Positions 45,401 to 54,403 of a stretch of DNA of 64,000 bases are shown here, piece by piece. Positions within the stretch are counted from its first letter, which is position 1. Every line of letters starts with the position of its first letter. The notes beneath the pieces were generated by a model. That model had not been told where the DNA came from, ran no database searches, and saw nothing but the letters and a program-made list of their open reading frames with translations. The stretch is from a virus. The position numbers were made by a program, and so were the translations under genes. The stretch spans positions 7,189-71,188 of the IMG/VR virus record IMGVR_UViG_3300036770_006414; one strand, given 5' to 3'.

Positions 45401-48400
45401 GTACTTTTTCCTGAGTCCATCGTAAGCCTTCTCGATAATCCTGGAAACAGCAATTTGTATACCCTCGGGAGTCAAAAAAGTGAGCGCCTTAAATGCGTTT
45501 ACCCCACGGCCAAGCGATGTGCCAAGCCTGGCCAAATGTACAGCCACCTGGGCAGCGTCACCGAACTTAGACAACCCGTTGAGCCTCTTCAATAGCTCTA
45601 TGCCAAGGAAAGCCTGCAAATGGTACGGAAGCTCCGTCTCGTTGGTAAGAAAAGCCTTTGTAGCCTCGTCAGTGCCAATAGCGTCGAGCCACATGAGTAT
45701 CTGTTGCTCAGACTGATTCATTGGCTCGGCAAAGTATCGGATGCCCTTCTTGGTTACCTCGTCCTTTACGGCCTGATCAACAGCCGTCTTGTCGACGATC
45801 GACCGACCGCCCTTGCTCTGCTTGTTACCAAAGCTGGCCTCAGCCTGCCCCTCAGCACGCTCCCTGCGCATATCGCGGACCTTAGAATACCCTGGCGTCC
45901 CCTCGAACAACTGCTTGACCTGATCCTTGTCCATCTGGCGCTGCACCTTCGCGGGGAGGCTGTTCCAAAAGCGGGTAAACGAAAGCGACTGGTTCAAAGA
46001 TATCCAACTGTCGGCGTATTTGGATATCGCAGACTTCACATGCTCGTTAGGCTCGAAAGGCTCATCGGCGTCGGCAGTCTGAAAGAGTATCTGCGAAGGC
46101 CTGGCGATATCCTCCGTGGAAGCCATAGACTTGTTGCGACGCTGCTCGGCAGTCATGCCTCGGCGGCGCTCAACATTACGAGCCTCGACCTCTCCGCCCA
46201 AGCGCAAGTATAGCTTATGGGCTACTCCATCGGGAAGGGACCTGAAAAGAATGCTGTCCCTGTCTATCCCTGGACCATTAACTAGAGTCTTTATTTCTGA
46301 CTGTAGCTCCCTCTTGCGAAACTCCCACTCACCGATGGTCTTCGATACGATATCCTTCCATACGTAATCGAGATCGAAGTCGTCCATCTTTCCGAGCTTC
46401 TCGAGAAGGCCCACGTTCTTTTCGTGAAAATCGTCGTTATTGAAGTCGTAGGTTTCCGACGGGTAGTCATCAAGACCCAAAGTCATGAGGTTGTCAACAA
46501 AGTCAATGACCGCCTGGGAATAAGCATCCTTGGCTTCCACTAGTTTATTCATGGCTGCCTTACCCCCATCAACCAGGCGCTTGTATGTCTTTGAACTAGA
46601 TACGATCGCTCTTATCTTGTCACGCAACTCTACCAAAGCAGGTCTGGAGGGGACAGGTAGCTTCTTGTATTCTTCGATACTATCTGATATCCTCGTGACC
46701 GCCCGCTGGCGGCCATCAACATATTGATTCACCAAAGCATCTTTCTCCGCCTTTGGCATTTTCGCAAGGGCCGAAAGCTGATTGCCACCCTCAGTAAATC
46801 CTTCGATCTTCTGTATAAGGTGGGCCAGCTCGTGGGCAAGGGTAGCATCTACATTGGTGTTATCCGAGGATACACCGATCGTGTTGGTAAAACTCAGGTA
46901 GTACCCAGCGGTATCAGAAAGATCGGGCCTGGTAGCATCGCTATACTTGTGGAACATAACGCCCCGAAGCTGCGGGTATTTATCAAAAAGGCCTTTATCG
47001 TCCTTGACTATAGCTCCAAGCGTAGTAAAGCCGTCAGACATTTTGTTGAAGGTATCCATATCAACCTCTACGTCATCTAGCTCGTAGCGCCATTTACCGT
47101 CTGCCCCTCGCTCCCAGTTAGTCATCCGCTTGATGATGTTCTGGTCGACGCCAGCCTGGTCCATTAGGTTGGCCTTATCGTACCAAGCCGCCATATCTGG
47201 GTCCATATTGGCATTAGCCCCCGCAATCTGGAAGAGAGTCCGCGAAGCCTCCTGGTCGTTTTCGAAGTTTATACGTTCGTTGATCTGAATAGCCTCGTCA
47301 TCAAATATCACATAATTGTGATGATCGTCTGACCTTGTTCTCATTAGGGCATTGGTTGGGTACTTCACCCCGTCGTAGCCGTTGGCCTGGAGAAACTCGG
47401 AAGCAAAACGAGGACCGCCAAGCCATATACTAAGAAACTTGTAAAGCCTCTCGTTGGTAGGAAGATTGCCGTAAGCTTTTGAATTTAAAAAATTATCATG
47501 GGCAGGCTTAAATTCGTCGTAGGCTTCTTTGATATCCATCGAAAGCTCATTAATAGCCTCTTCGTACCAACGCCCCCGCGGAGGATTTATCTCTCCAGAC
47601 TGTATCTTACGAGCCTTCTCGTCGAGGTAATCCGATATCTCCTGGGTCTTGGCATCGAGCATCTCCTTGAGGGCCTGCTTCTTCCGAGGATCGGCCTCCT
47701 GCATGTACTCGAACCTGATATTAATACGCTCGGAAGATAGCCTGGTGGCCTCGTCGTCTAATTTGTCCTCTAACTTATCGCGGAGCTTCTGTTTAAAAGT
47801 ATTCCTAGCCTGATCAACCCGCTCCTCGTACTTCCTGACCTCGTTTTCGTAATCCTGGCGCTGCCCCTCCATAGCATCAAAAGCTTCTTTAGCCTCGGCC
47901 AGGAATTGCTCTGGGGTGTCTGGATCCCATACATTAGAAGGAGGATCTGGGGGAAGCTTTGAAAGCAAGTCGGCAAGCGTGCTGTAGTTTACTGGCTCGA
48001 ACCACCTAAACCATTTATGCTCTATATCCTTCTTGCCATTATGTACCGTTACCCTGTAAAGAGCAGAAGGTGGCTGGGTTATCTTTACATCCTTTCCAGC
48101 GAGCTTGCGTATGGTCATGTGATTGATAGCAGCTCGCTGTTCATCGATTATATACTCCTTGTGGAGTACAACTAAGTCGTTTATTTGATATCCAAGGTAA
48201 CGATGCTGTGTTTTTGCGCCAGGAGGTAAAGGGGGCAGGTTCTTTTCCAGATACTCTTGCCTGGCCTTGTTAGCTGCTATCTCAGCACGAGATCCATTCT
48301 CGAGCTTATACTTTCTTTGGGCATCCTCTATCGCTTCTTCATAATCCTCCTTGTACTTCTTCTGATTCTCCTCGAGTGAAATAAAATCTCCTTTGGTAGG

Positions 48401-51400
48401 ATAAGGTCCATTTTCTAGCTTGAAAAGATCGCCAGCCTTTTCTACCGCATCTATGTATCCAGTCATCCACTTTTCATGAGCCTCTCTACCAACTTCATCG
48501 GCGGCATCGAAAACAGGCTGACTGGCGAGTCTGTAATTCAATGCATTCTCGACATCCTCCATCTCTTCTATTAACTCGATGCGATGCTTATACTCCCTTT
48601 CAGCAAGAGATAACAGATCCTCATCTGGAGTTTTACTGTTGACAATCCAGTAGTTAATCTTTCCAATTACATCGCTCCTGTTTTGTTCTGGAATAGCCAA
48701 GACATCTGGATCCTCCTCGAAGGATTTGCCATCGACAGTAAGAACTGCTGTGTTCCTACTGTTTCTATATCCAGTAGCAACCTTGGGGTCCGTGGAAACA
48801 TACAGGCCCCACCCGTAAACCTGCGCCCCTTCGCCAGTCCCTATAGCATGAAGCTTGAATTTGTCGAATATGTACGGAGATCCGTGCCATGCGTTGACCT
48901 GAAAGAGAATAGCCCGCGGGTAGGCCCCAGGGACCGATACCCCAACAATACGCTCAAGCTCAGCCCGCGCCTTATCGAAGCGATCACGCAGCTTGTTCAT
49001 CTCCTTGGCCGCATCGAGCATCTTCCTGTTGAGAGCATTGTCCTCAACCCGTATCTTCTGCGTGGGCGTCGACAAGGTTATCTTGCCACCAGCAAAAGAA
49101 ACAGTAGCCTGGACGCCATCATAAAAAACCGTATCCCCCTCGCGGGCGGGTGTATAATTGATGTCTAGGACATCAATGTCCTCCATGTTTACCCCCGTAA
49201 TGCGCTCCTTCATGTTGGCCGATACCAATACCCCAGGAGCTACAACAAACCACCGCTTGCCCTTGTATTGCACATAATCGCCAACCGTAGGGTCCCTATC
49301 AACAACTTTTAAGTCCCCACCAAGGTAATGGCCAGCAGGAAGCTGCTCGGCAGCCTTGTTGATGCGTATGAAGTCCTCGCCCTCGGAAAGTATGCGGCCA
49401 AAGATCTCCTCCATCTGGGGACTCAAGTTCCTTACAATAGAGGCATAAGTATTGATCCAACGGGCAAACTTGTCGAAAATATCACGCAGCTTCGCTGGTA
49501 CTCCCGTCCTCCCACGCCTCAGATAAGCCTCGAAAGCCTCAGCGAAAGCCTCACTTGTATCCCTGCTCCAGCGCTTGGTCCCAGCGTACTCCATAATAAC
49601 ACGACGCTCCGCTGGAGTAAGCCATTGCTCAAAAACGTGAGCCAGCTCGTGGAGCGGTGTACTTACATCTGGATTCGTTAAGGCAGCAACAATCGTCCTG
49701 GCCTGGTCGATAAATACCGTAGCCCCCTTAGCTGTCTTTGGTACAGGCATGCCAGCCTGCTGGGCAGTAAGAGAATCCTGCCAGGCTATAGATAAGTAAG
49801 CATCCTCCAAGGTCATGCCCCGACGTAAAGCCATCGTCGCAATAATCCTGTCAGCAACCTCCGCAACTGCCCTAGCCTGGGCCTTGCTGAGCTTAAAGAA
49901 GTTCTCAATTACAACGGCAAGCTCGTCCTTGTTTCTGGGATTGGCAACAGTAGGCTCCCTCTCTCCAGACGGTGTTCTGCCCTCCGTAGGAGTTGCTGTC
50001 GGCCTAGCCCCTGGGGTTGTACCAGTAGGAGTAGCCTCTGAAGGAGTAGCGGTATCGACAGGCGTAGCCTCGGCAGCACGTCTGGCATCCTCCCTGGCCC
50101 TAGCCTCAGCTATCTTTGGCTCGTACTCCCTCCGAGCCTCCTCCTTCATCCTGTTCCAATCATTGATATCGTTCTGGGCATCAATCTCTATCCTGGCCTT
50201 CCTTGCATCGTAGTCAGTCCATTCCTCGATAGGATCGGTATCTGGCCTCTCTCCAAGCTCATCGATTCGAGCGGCAGCCTTCTGATTGGCCGCTTCAATG
50301 CCAAAGTCCAGGCGAGCAATCTCTTTATCTAGCTCGTCAGTTAACTCCTTAACGGTTGGTCCGTCAGGAGGAGAAGGGGCTGCCGTAGGAGTTGCTGCGG
50401 GAGTAGCCGCGGGCGCTTCGGTCCTCCTGGTTGGCGGGGCATTCTCTTCGAGCAGGCGCTCCTCGACCTGATTGGCAAAGTCCTCGTACCAAGGATCCTC
50501 GGGGTCGGCCTCCAGGCCTCGCTCGGCCTGCTGCTGTTCGTAATCCCCAAGAGCCTGCTGCTCATCGGGCGTTAGGCGGCCCTGCCCCGCCATCTCGTTA
50601 ATATAGTCCCTTGGCGCTTTATCCCCAATACTCAGAGCCTGCTGAGCCTGGTTCTGAGCCACGTACTGATCAAAAACATCCCTGTTCTCCTGGACCACAC
50701 GCTCCCCCGTAACTTCCTCCCCCTGGGCCTGGCGGCGAGCAAGATCCCTAAGCTGATCATCGACGGTATCAGCGCCGAACAAATCGTCGATAGACTTACC
50801 AACCCCTCCCTCTTCGGGGCTATCGGCATCTGCCAGGCTTACCCAATCCTGCTTTGTTCCATCTTCGTACGTCCCGCGAACCATCTCCTTTCCGTCGGGA
50901 GAGGTAAGGCGATCGGTTACCGTTAACTCCCTGCCGTTGTATACAACCTTGTTATTAAGAGCACGCTCAGCTGCCGCAGCCTCTGGGGTATTACCCTGCA
51001 AGGCCTGCTCGGCCTGGCGAGTCGGGTTGGTGAGGTTGTCGACATACTTGCCAATCTTTACGGCGTCCTCCTTGGTAATATCTCCCCTCCCGACGGCATC
51101 CTGCACAAACTTAAGGAAGGCAGGCTTGTTATCCCGAATGTAACGGGCGTACTCAAGCTGCTGCCCCATCTCCCTGGACCGCTCAGAGCTTCCAGTAAGA
51201 GCACCCAATATCCCCACCGAAGCGCCAGTGGTAAGTATTGTGCTGATTACCTCTTCGCTGCTCATCTCGGTCTCAAAGTCAGAGCCGAAGGCATTGTTTG
51301 CCACTATATTTGCACCCTTCTCGGCTATCATAGCAAACATCTCCTCAGCAATATTCTGAGGGATCTCTTTTACCATGTAGCTAAAAGTGTTACGGGCGTT

Positions 51401-52939
51401 GAGCGAACCGTCCTTGATAGCATCGATGGCTCTGGCAAACGTAGGAGCGTCGAGAGCCTTTCTACCAGCTCCAAATACAGGAGGGGCAAATATCTCCAAA
51501 AGAGCCTGAAGGGTTGCCGAAGAATTTGCGTATTGTGCCGCCTCCTGTGGCGTCAGTCCCCTTTTTCTTGCATCCTCGTAGAAGTCGTTAACCGAGAAAA
51601 CATATCCCGACACGAGGCCACCAATTGTTGCTGAAGCCCCAGAGCCTGCCCCCAACGCACGTGCACCCTTGGCAAGGGCTCCTGAAGCAACAGCCATACC
51701 AGCAAGGTTTACACCAGCATTGGTTATAGCTGTCCCTATATTCTGCGGCTGGAAGTTACCCTTGTCGTCAAATAGCGAAGAATCAATATATGATCGCCAG
51801 TTGTTATCGTACCAGTTGCTAAGGTTCCTCATGTTGTCCTCGAGCCCCAGCGAAGCAATAGCACGCTCCCCGCGCTCCTGATCGCCAAGTACTATCCCAG
51901 CAGCCATCTTTGTAAGCCCGTACGTCTGGCCAGCGAGGCCAACAACAGCATCCTTGGCAGCAAGAACATTGCGCCAGACCTGCTTGCCCCTATTCCCAAG
52001 AAACGTTCCATCGAGCCTGTTGTTATCCGCTGCCGTCTGTTTGTTTGTACGGAGAGCAGCCGCAGCCTCGGGAAACTTCTCCAGGTAGGTTGAAATCGAC
52101 TGAGAAGCAGCCTCGTAATTATCAAACAACTCGAGGAGCTGCGGAACCTTTGATCGCATACTGTATGGAATAGCCTGCATCAGCTCATCCATATTGATCT
52201 CAACGCCCTGCCTGGCTGCCTCCCGAAGGCCGTCGTAAAGCTCATAAAAATCATCCTGCTCACCAGGCGACAAGGTCTGCATAACCTTATCGATATTCTC
52301 TTTAGCCTGTTGCCCTTTCCAGACAATAGCATTGCCAACAAGCTCTGCCTTCGCCTGCTCATCCCAATACCTACTTCCATCGGGGCGCATAATGCCAAGA
52401 GCCTGAGCCGACTGGTAATTCCAATGGTCAGACAAATAACTCTCCACCTCTGGCAAAAACTCCTCGGGAACTCCAATGCGCTGGCCTGTAGCAACAGCCT
52501 CAAACCGCTGCTTCTCCTGCCGCTGCTGTCGCGTTTGGGCAATACCCTGCTCTACATCCATGCCGTACTGCCTGGCAACACTCTGAGCCACTGGATCACG
52601 CTGAGCCAATTGCTGCGGAGTCTGCGTCTGCCTTCCAGTAACATCCGTAGGTAATTGCTGAACAGGAGCCTGCTGCTCCCTGCGCTGACGCTCCATAGCC
52701 AACAGGGGGTCCTGGGGAATAACCCCCGAAGGCGCACGCGAAGGACCAAACAAGCCCCTAGCAAAGTCATCGTAATTGTCGGGGAGGTTGTTGATGAGGC
52801 GCTCGCTCTTGACGAACTCGTAAATCTTTCGACTACGAACAGGGTCCATCATACTATCCCTGAACTCATCAAGCCCTGGGAGATTGTTGATGACAGGACG
52901 CACAATATCGTAGAGCTTCTTAATCTTATCGTCGTTCAT
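42494..52939 (-). CDS. giant polyvalent virion protein (two HExxH peptidase-like motifs, ADP-ribosyltransferase-like domain, LPD23-like segment)
   Basis: 3481 aa. STPLHELAH; AWHGSP...GTGEGAQVYGWGLY...GYDGVKY...NYVIFD; WERGADGKWRYELDD; TLAHELAH.IQ.IEGF; GEVEARNV. Confidence 0.75.
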   Translation of the reverse strand: MNDDKIKKLYDIVRPVINNLPGLDEFRDSMMDPVRSRKIYEFVKSERLINNLPDNYDDFARGLFGPSRAPSGVIPQDPLLAMERQRREQQAPVQQLPTDVTGRQTQTPQQLAQRDPVAQSVARQYGMDVEQGIAQTRQQRQEKQRFEAVATGQRIGVPEEFLPEVESYLSDHWNYQSAQALGIMRPDGSRYWDEQAKAELVGNAIVWKGQQAKENIDKVMQTLSPGEQDDFYELYDGLREAARQGVEINMDELMQAIPYSMRSKVPQLLELFDNYEAASQSISTYLEKFPEAAAALRTNKQTAADNNRLDGTFLGNRGKQVWRNVLAAKDAVVGLAGQTYGLTKMAAGIVLGDQERGERAIASLGLEDNMRNLSNWYDNNWRSYIDSSLFDDKGNFQPQNIGTAITNAGVNLAGMAVASGALAKGARALGAGSGASATIGGLVSGYVFSVNDFYEDARKRGLTPQEAAQYANSSATLQALLEIFAPPVFGAGRKALDAPTFARAIDAIKDGSLNARNTFSYMVKEIPQNIAEEMFAMIAEKGANIVANNAFGSDFETEMSSEEVISTILTTGASVGILGALTGSSERSREMGQQLEYARYIRDNKPAFLKFVQDAVGRGDITKEDAVKIGKYVDNLTNPTRQAEQALQGNTPEAAAAERALNNKVVYNGRELTVTDRLTSPDGKEMVRGTYEDGTKQDWVSLADADSPEEGGVGKSIDDLFGADTVDDQLRDLARRQAQGEEVTGERVVQENRDVFDQYVAQNQAQQALSIGDKAPRDYINEMAGQGRLTPDEQQALGDYEQQQAERGLEADPEDPWYEDFANQVEERLLEENAPPTRRTEAPAATPAATPTAAPSPPDGPTVKELTDELDKEIARLDFGIEAANQKAAARIDELGERPDTDPIEEWTDYDARKARIEIDAQNDINDWNRMKEEARREYEPKIAEARAREDARRAAEATPVDTATPSEATPTGTTPGARPTATPTEGRTPSGEREPTVANPRNKDELAVVIENFFKLSKAQARAVAEVADRIIATMALRRGMTLEDAYLSIAWQDSLTAQQAGMPVPKTAKGATVFIDQARTIVAALTNPDVSTPLHELAHVFEQWLTPAERRVIMEYAGTKRWSRDTSEAFAEAFEAYLRRGRTGVPAKLRDIFDKFARWINTYASIVRNLSPQMEEIFGRILSEGEDFIRINKAAEQLPAGHYLGGDLKVVDRDPTVGDYVQYKGKRWFVVAPGVLVSANMKERITGVNMEDIDVLDINYTPAREGDTVFYDGVQATVSFAGGKITLSTPTQKIRVEDNALNRKMLDAAKEMNKLRDRFDKARAELERIVGVSVPGAYPRAILFQVNAWHGSPYIFDKFKLHAIGTGEGAQVYGWGLYVSTDPKVATGYRNSRNTAVLTVDGKSFEEDPDVLAIPEQNRSDVIGKINYWIVNSKTPDEDLLSLAEREYKHRIELIEEMEDVENALNYRLASQPVFDAADEVGREAHEKWMTGYIDAVEKAGDLFKLENGPYPTKGDFISLEENQKKYKEDYEEAIEDAQRKYKLENGSRAEIAANKARQEYLEKNLPPLPPGAKTQHRYLGYQINDLVVLHKEYIIDEQRAAINHMTIRKLAGKDVKITQPPSALYRVTVHNGKKDIEHKWFRWFEPVNYSTLADLLSKLPPDPPSNVWDPDTPEQFLAEAKEAFDAMEGQRQDYENEVRKYEERVDQARNTFKQKLRDKLEDKLDDEATRLSSERINIRFEYMQEADPRKKQALKEMLDAKTQEISDYLDEKARKIQSGEINPPRGRWYEEAINELSMDIKEAYDEFKPAHDNFLNSKAYGNLPTNERLYKFLSIWLGGPRFASEFLQANGYDGVKYPTNALMRTRSDDHHNYVIFDDEAIQINERINFENDQEASRTLFQIAGANANMDPDMAAWYDKANLMDQAGVDQNIIKRMTNWERGADGKWRYELDDVEVDMDTFNKMSDGFTTLGAIVKDDKGLFDKYPQLRGVMFHKYSDATRPDLSDTAGYYLSFTNTIGVSSDNTNVDATLAHELAHLIQKIEGFTEGGNQLSALAKMPKAEKDALVNQYVDGRQRAVTRISDSIEEYKKLPVPSRPALVELRDKIRAIVSSSKTYKRLVDGGKAAMNKLVEAKDAYSQAVIDFVDNLMTLGLDDYPSETYDFNNDDFHEKNVGLLEKLGKMDDFDLDYVWKDIVSKTIGEWEFRKRELQSEIKTLVNGPGIDRDSILFRSLPDGVAHKLYLRLGGEVEARNVERRRGMTAEQRRNKSMASTEDIARPSQILFQTADADEPFEPNEHVKSAISKYADSWISLNQSLSFTRFWNSLPAKVQRQMDKDQVKQLFEGTPGYSKVRDMRRERAEGQAEASFGNKQSKGGRSIVDKTAVDQAVKDEVTKKGIRYFAEPMNQSEQQILMWLDAIGTDEATKAFLTNETELPYHLQAFLGIELLKRLNGLSKFGDAAQVAVHLARLGTSLGRGVNAFKALTFLTPEGIQIAVSRIIEKAYDGLRKKYQNRISRSIDKYKAAKAAAGRSAQSSTLRDKEWLKEAKADVERRLAEQKGGSTRFQTRFTPTGLDPKMVPLMVEYGIYTALEGNTEFKTWATKMRARFGLTDAQALEIWDHRPVNGVFSVREIGNNAAFISNVDTFAWSEEAVKAVLENYGIYSSAVLAKRIYNSFKRDAREEFNKNATKGEKAFVQALDWGDEAAATDLITRTWAAGAGFQGLDQELQDLIDKTNEILTKSPTYAMKEAAIKDLMALAFRKVGREPIGEYVSMMMYYNMLSSPGTHLANIMGNLFQTLGDTASTLFAPILDLPGVRAITGSAEMKVAPQYRFSTGEKLRAAKFGLKLGLKNARDIIKTGRLTQIQGQKYEIPNLQERYRFASDVMAHLSQVLPNLKRGKPAAALNDILKAFFGGYALMAKYNSRLMDAEDAIFRTPTMVSYYVTASEQLASREVTEKGDLYQEVLNDLQSRGDITGDPNNKKNREKIRAAIADRLRGWAIGDIDTTWKQLMDQTRNDLQASGLPFSEQDVINGAMERFPSDFRVKDIAERRANRAVFRFPPEGTVGAIAVSLNDFIRKLPFGNNVVPFTNLLANLFNTWLDYLPPVAMARYYGFTLTTASNKMFGKSLPTTNIRGGGGFLRDVDEQILRRNELIWRGAVGLIFMTIAGMTLGGEDEEGYPIMTGQGPSDYKKKKELEARGVKWHSIRVPGIGYVSYSMLPIGLALSFVGNLFDVERYGNEKQKDMAWAAAVAGFPAYMLDIAFLSSLSDLIQTISNSERYTSLEKMNEAISRVMSKYIPLSAILNNAEASMGYDQPELLGWSSLLKSVPFVRQIASDKPALDHFGRPISKQVQEGILHNVWYHTIGTKRFYRPETELDPVEKLFMDKNYYTPQVSRQTEIGGVKLADDPVLYYEFFKLSQRFFKKQLDQTAQSYRTMPDDLFEKYMDKMHRKSRDIVAKMLTAGMHPDEIARVLEIQP

Positions 52940-52954
52940 AAAAGAACCGTTATA

Positions 52955-54397
52955 TTATTGAAAATCCTCATTCCAATCAACCTGCCTTCTTGAGCCTTGG
53001 CCATCAGCTGGTGGCTGACGAGGGCCAATCATTTCATCTGGTTCGCCCTCCCGAGCTCTCCGAGGCTGCTCGCCTGCTGCTCTGCGCTGTTCCTCTACAG
53101 TTGGACGCCTAGCCTCAAAGCGCTCGCCAGTCCTGCTGTAGTTAGGCTTGCTCTGAGAGTATACACCAATCTGACCAGCAAACTGAGGACTGAACCCAAG
53201 CTGTGGCAGGAACTCGATGTTAAGTGGGACCTTCTTGGTACGTATGCTAGCACGCCAGTCAGAAAGAAGCCTATCTTTAACGTCTTGAGGAAGGAAGGCA
53301 TCAATTTCAGGCTTGGGCGGCGTAAGCCGAAGGAACACCTCTGGTTCGCCCGTAGAGGCGTTGATTTCGACGTTCTCAACAACATATCCATCTTCAGTTG
53401 TTGCCCCCTGGAGCATCGAAGATATCTCCCTTGCAACCGCTGTACTGCGAGACCTGGCCATATCAGTGCCCCTGTTATCCCAGACAGCGGACAACTTATC
53501 TGACCACCAAGACGCTGGCTGGTTAGCCATTCGGCTTCGCATAGCCTCAACGCGACCCTCGTCCTCGTCGACCGTGCGCCAGTTCTTGAGGCTCTCCCTC
53601 GTGACGGACTCTACCGCGGAGTTCAAAAGCCTGCCTATGGTAGTATTTAAATTCAAACGCCCCTGGGAGTCGATAAAGTTAGTCTCTGGATCGCCAGCAA
53701 GGCCGTAATAACGGCGGCGCTGCTCCTCGGCCTTTATCATATCTGGGGTGATGGCCGTTGCAAATATCTCTGTCGCACGCTTCTTTAAAACCCCTTCGAG
53801 TTCGCCCCTTGTATGAAGCTTGGTGTATTTATCAAGCTCCTCGACATTACTGAGTTCTTGCAGCAGAGTGTTCTCTACGATCCCAGCCCGCGACGTAGTC
53901 CATTTGGTCCAGTCCTCCTGCGTTAGCGGCTTGGCCACCTCCATAGGATTTATCTGGTTGTACATCTTTGTCTGTGGATCGAAATTAAGAGGAGGAATAT
54001 TAGCCCTGTAATCCTCCATAGCCTTGGCGGCAAGAACAGGATCACTCTCCAGGTTCTCCAGGATTCCCTTCTGGTTGGCGACATCCTGGTTGTATCGATC
54101 CTCGATAGCTTTTAACGGTCCAGTCTGCCTGTCGGCAGCCATCCGCTGGCGTAGGTTCGCGATACGAGGCTCAAGCGCACGCATACCCCGCGGGTTAGCC
54201 TGCAACTCCTGGGTCATAGCATTTATCTCTTCCTCGTACCCAGATAGGATGTTTGAAAGCAGCTCCCTATCTTGCGGGATAGCCTTTACATCTGCAAAGG
54301 CCGAAGATACATCTGTTGCACCCGCCGCCCCAGAACTTTCAGGCTCCTGAAGGTAGTCGATAAAGTCGGCAGAGCTGGTCTTGTAAAATCTTGCCAT
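52955..54397 (-). CDS. putative virion/ejected protein
   Basis: 480 aa helical protein between the cargo-like gene and the giant protein. Confidence 0.55.
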   Translation of the reverse strand: MARFYKTSSADFIDYLQEPESSGAAGATDVSSAFADVKAIPQDRELLSNILSGYEEEINAMTQELQANPRGMRALEPRIANLRQRMAADRQTGPLKAIEDRYNQDVANQKGILENLESDPVLAAKAMEDYRANIPPLNFDPQTKMYNQINPMEVAKPLTQEDWTKWTTSRAGIVENTLLQELSNVEELDKYTKLHTRGELEGVLKKRATEIFATAITPDMIKAEEQRRRYYGLAGDPETNFIDSQGRLNLNTTIGRLLNSAVESVTRESLKNWRTVDEDEGRVEAMRSRMANQPASWWSDKLSAVWDNRGTDMARSRSTAVAREISSMLQGATTEDGYVVENVEINASTGEPEVFLRLTPPKPEIDAFLPQDVKDRLLSDWRASIRTKKVPLNIEFLPQLGFSPQFAGQIGVYSQSKPNYSRTGERFEARRPTVEEQRRAAGEQPRRAREGEPDEMIGPRQPPADGQGSRRQVDWNEDFQ

Positions 54398-54403
54398 AAT
54401 GTA

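Noticed and set aside
46367-46381. DFDLD in the giant protein as the crAss-like RNAP catalytic DxDxD motif
   Set aside because: It sits in an acidic helical insert between the HELAH and GEVEAR motifs, without the G-x-DFDxD context or other RNAP motifs; probably chance.
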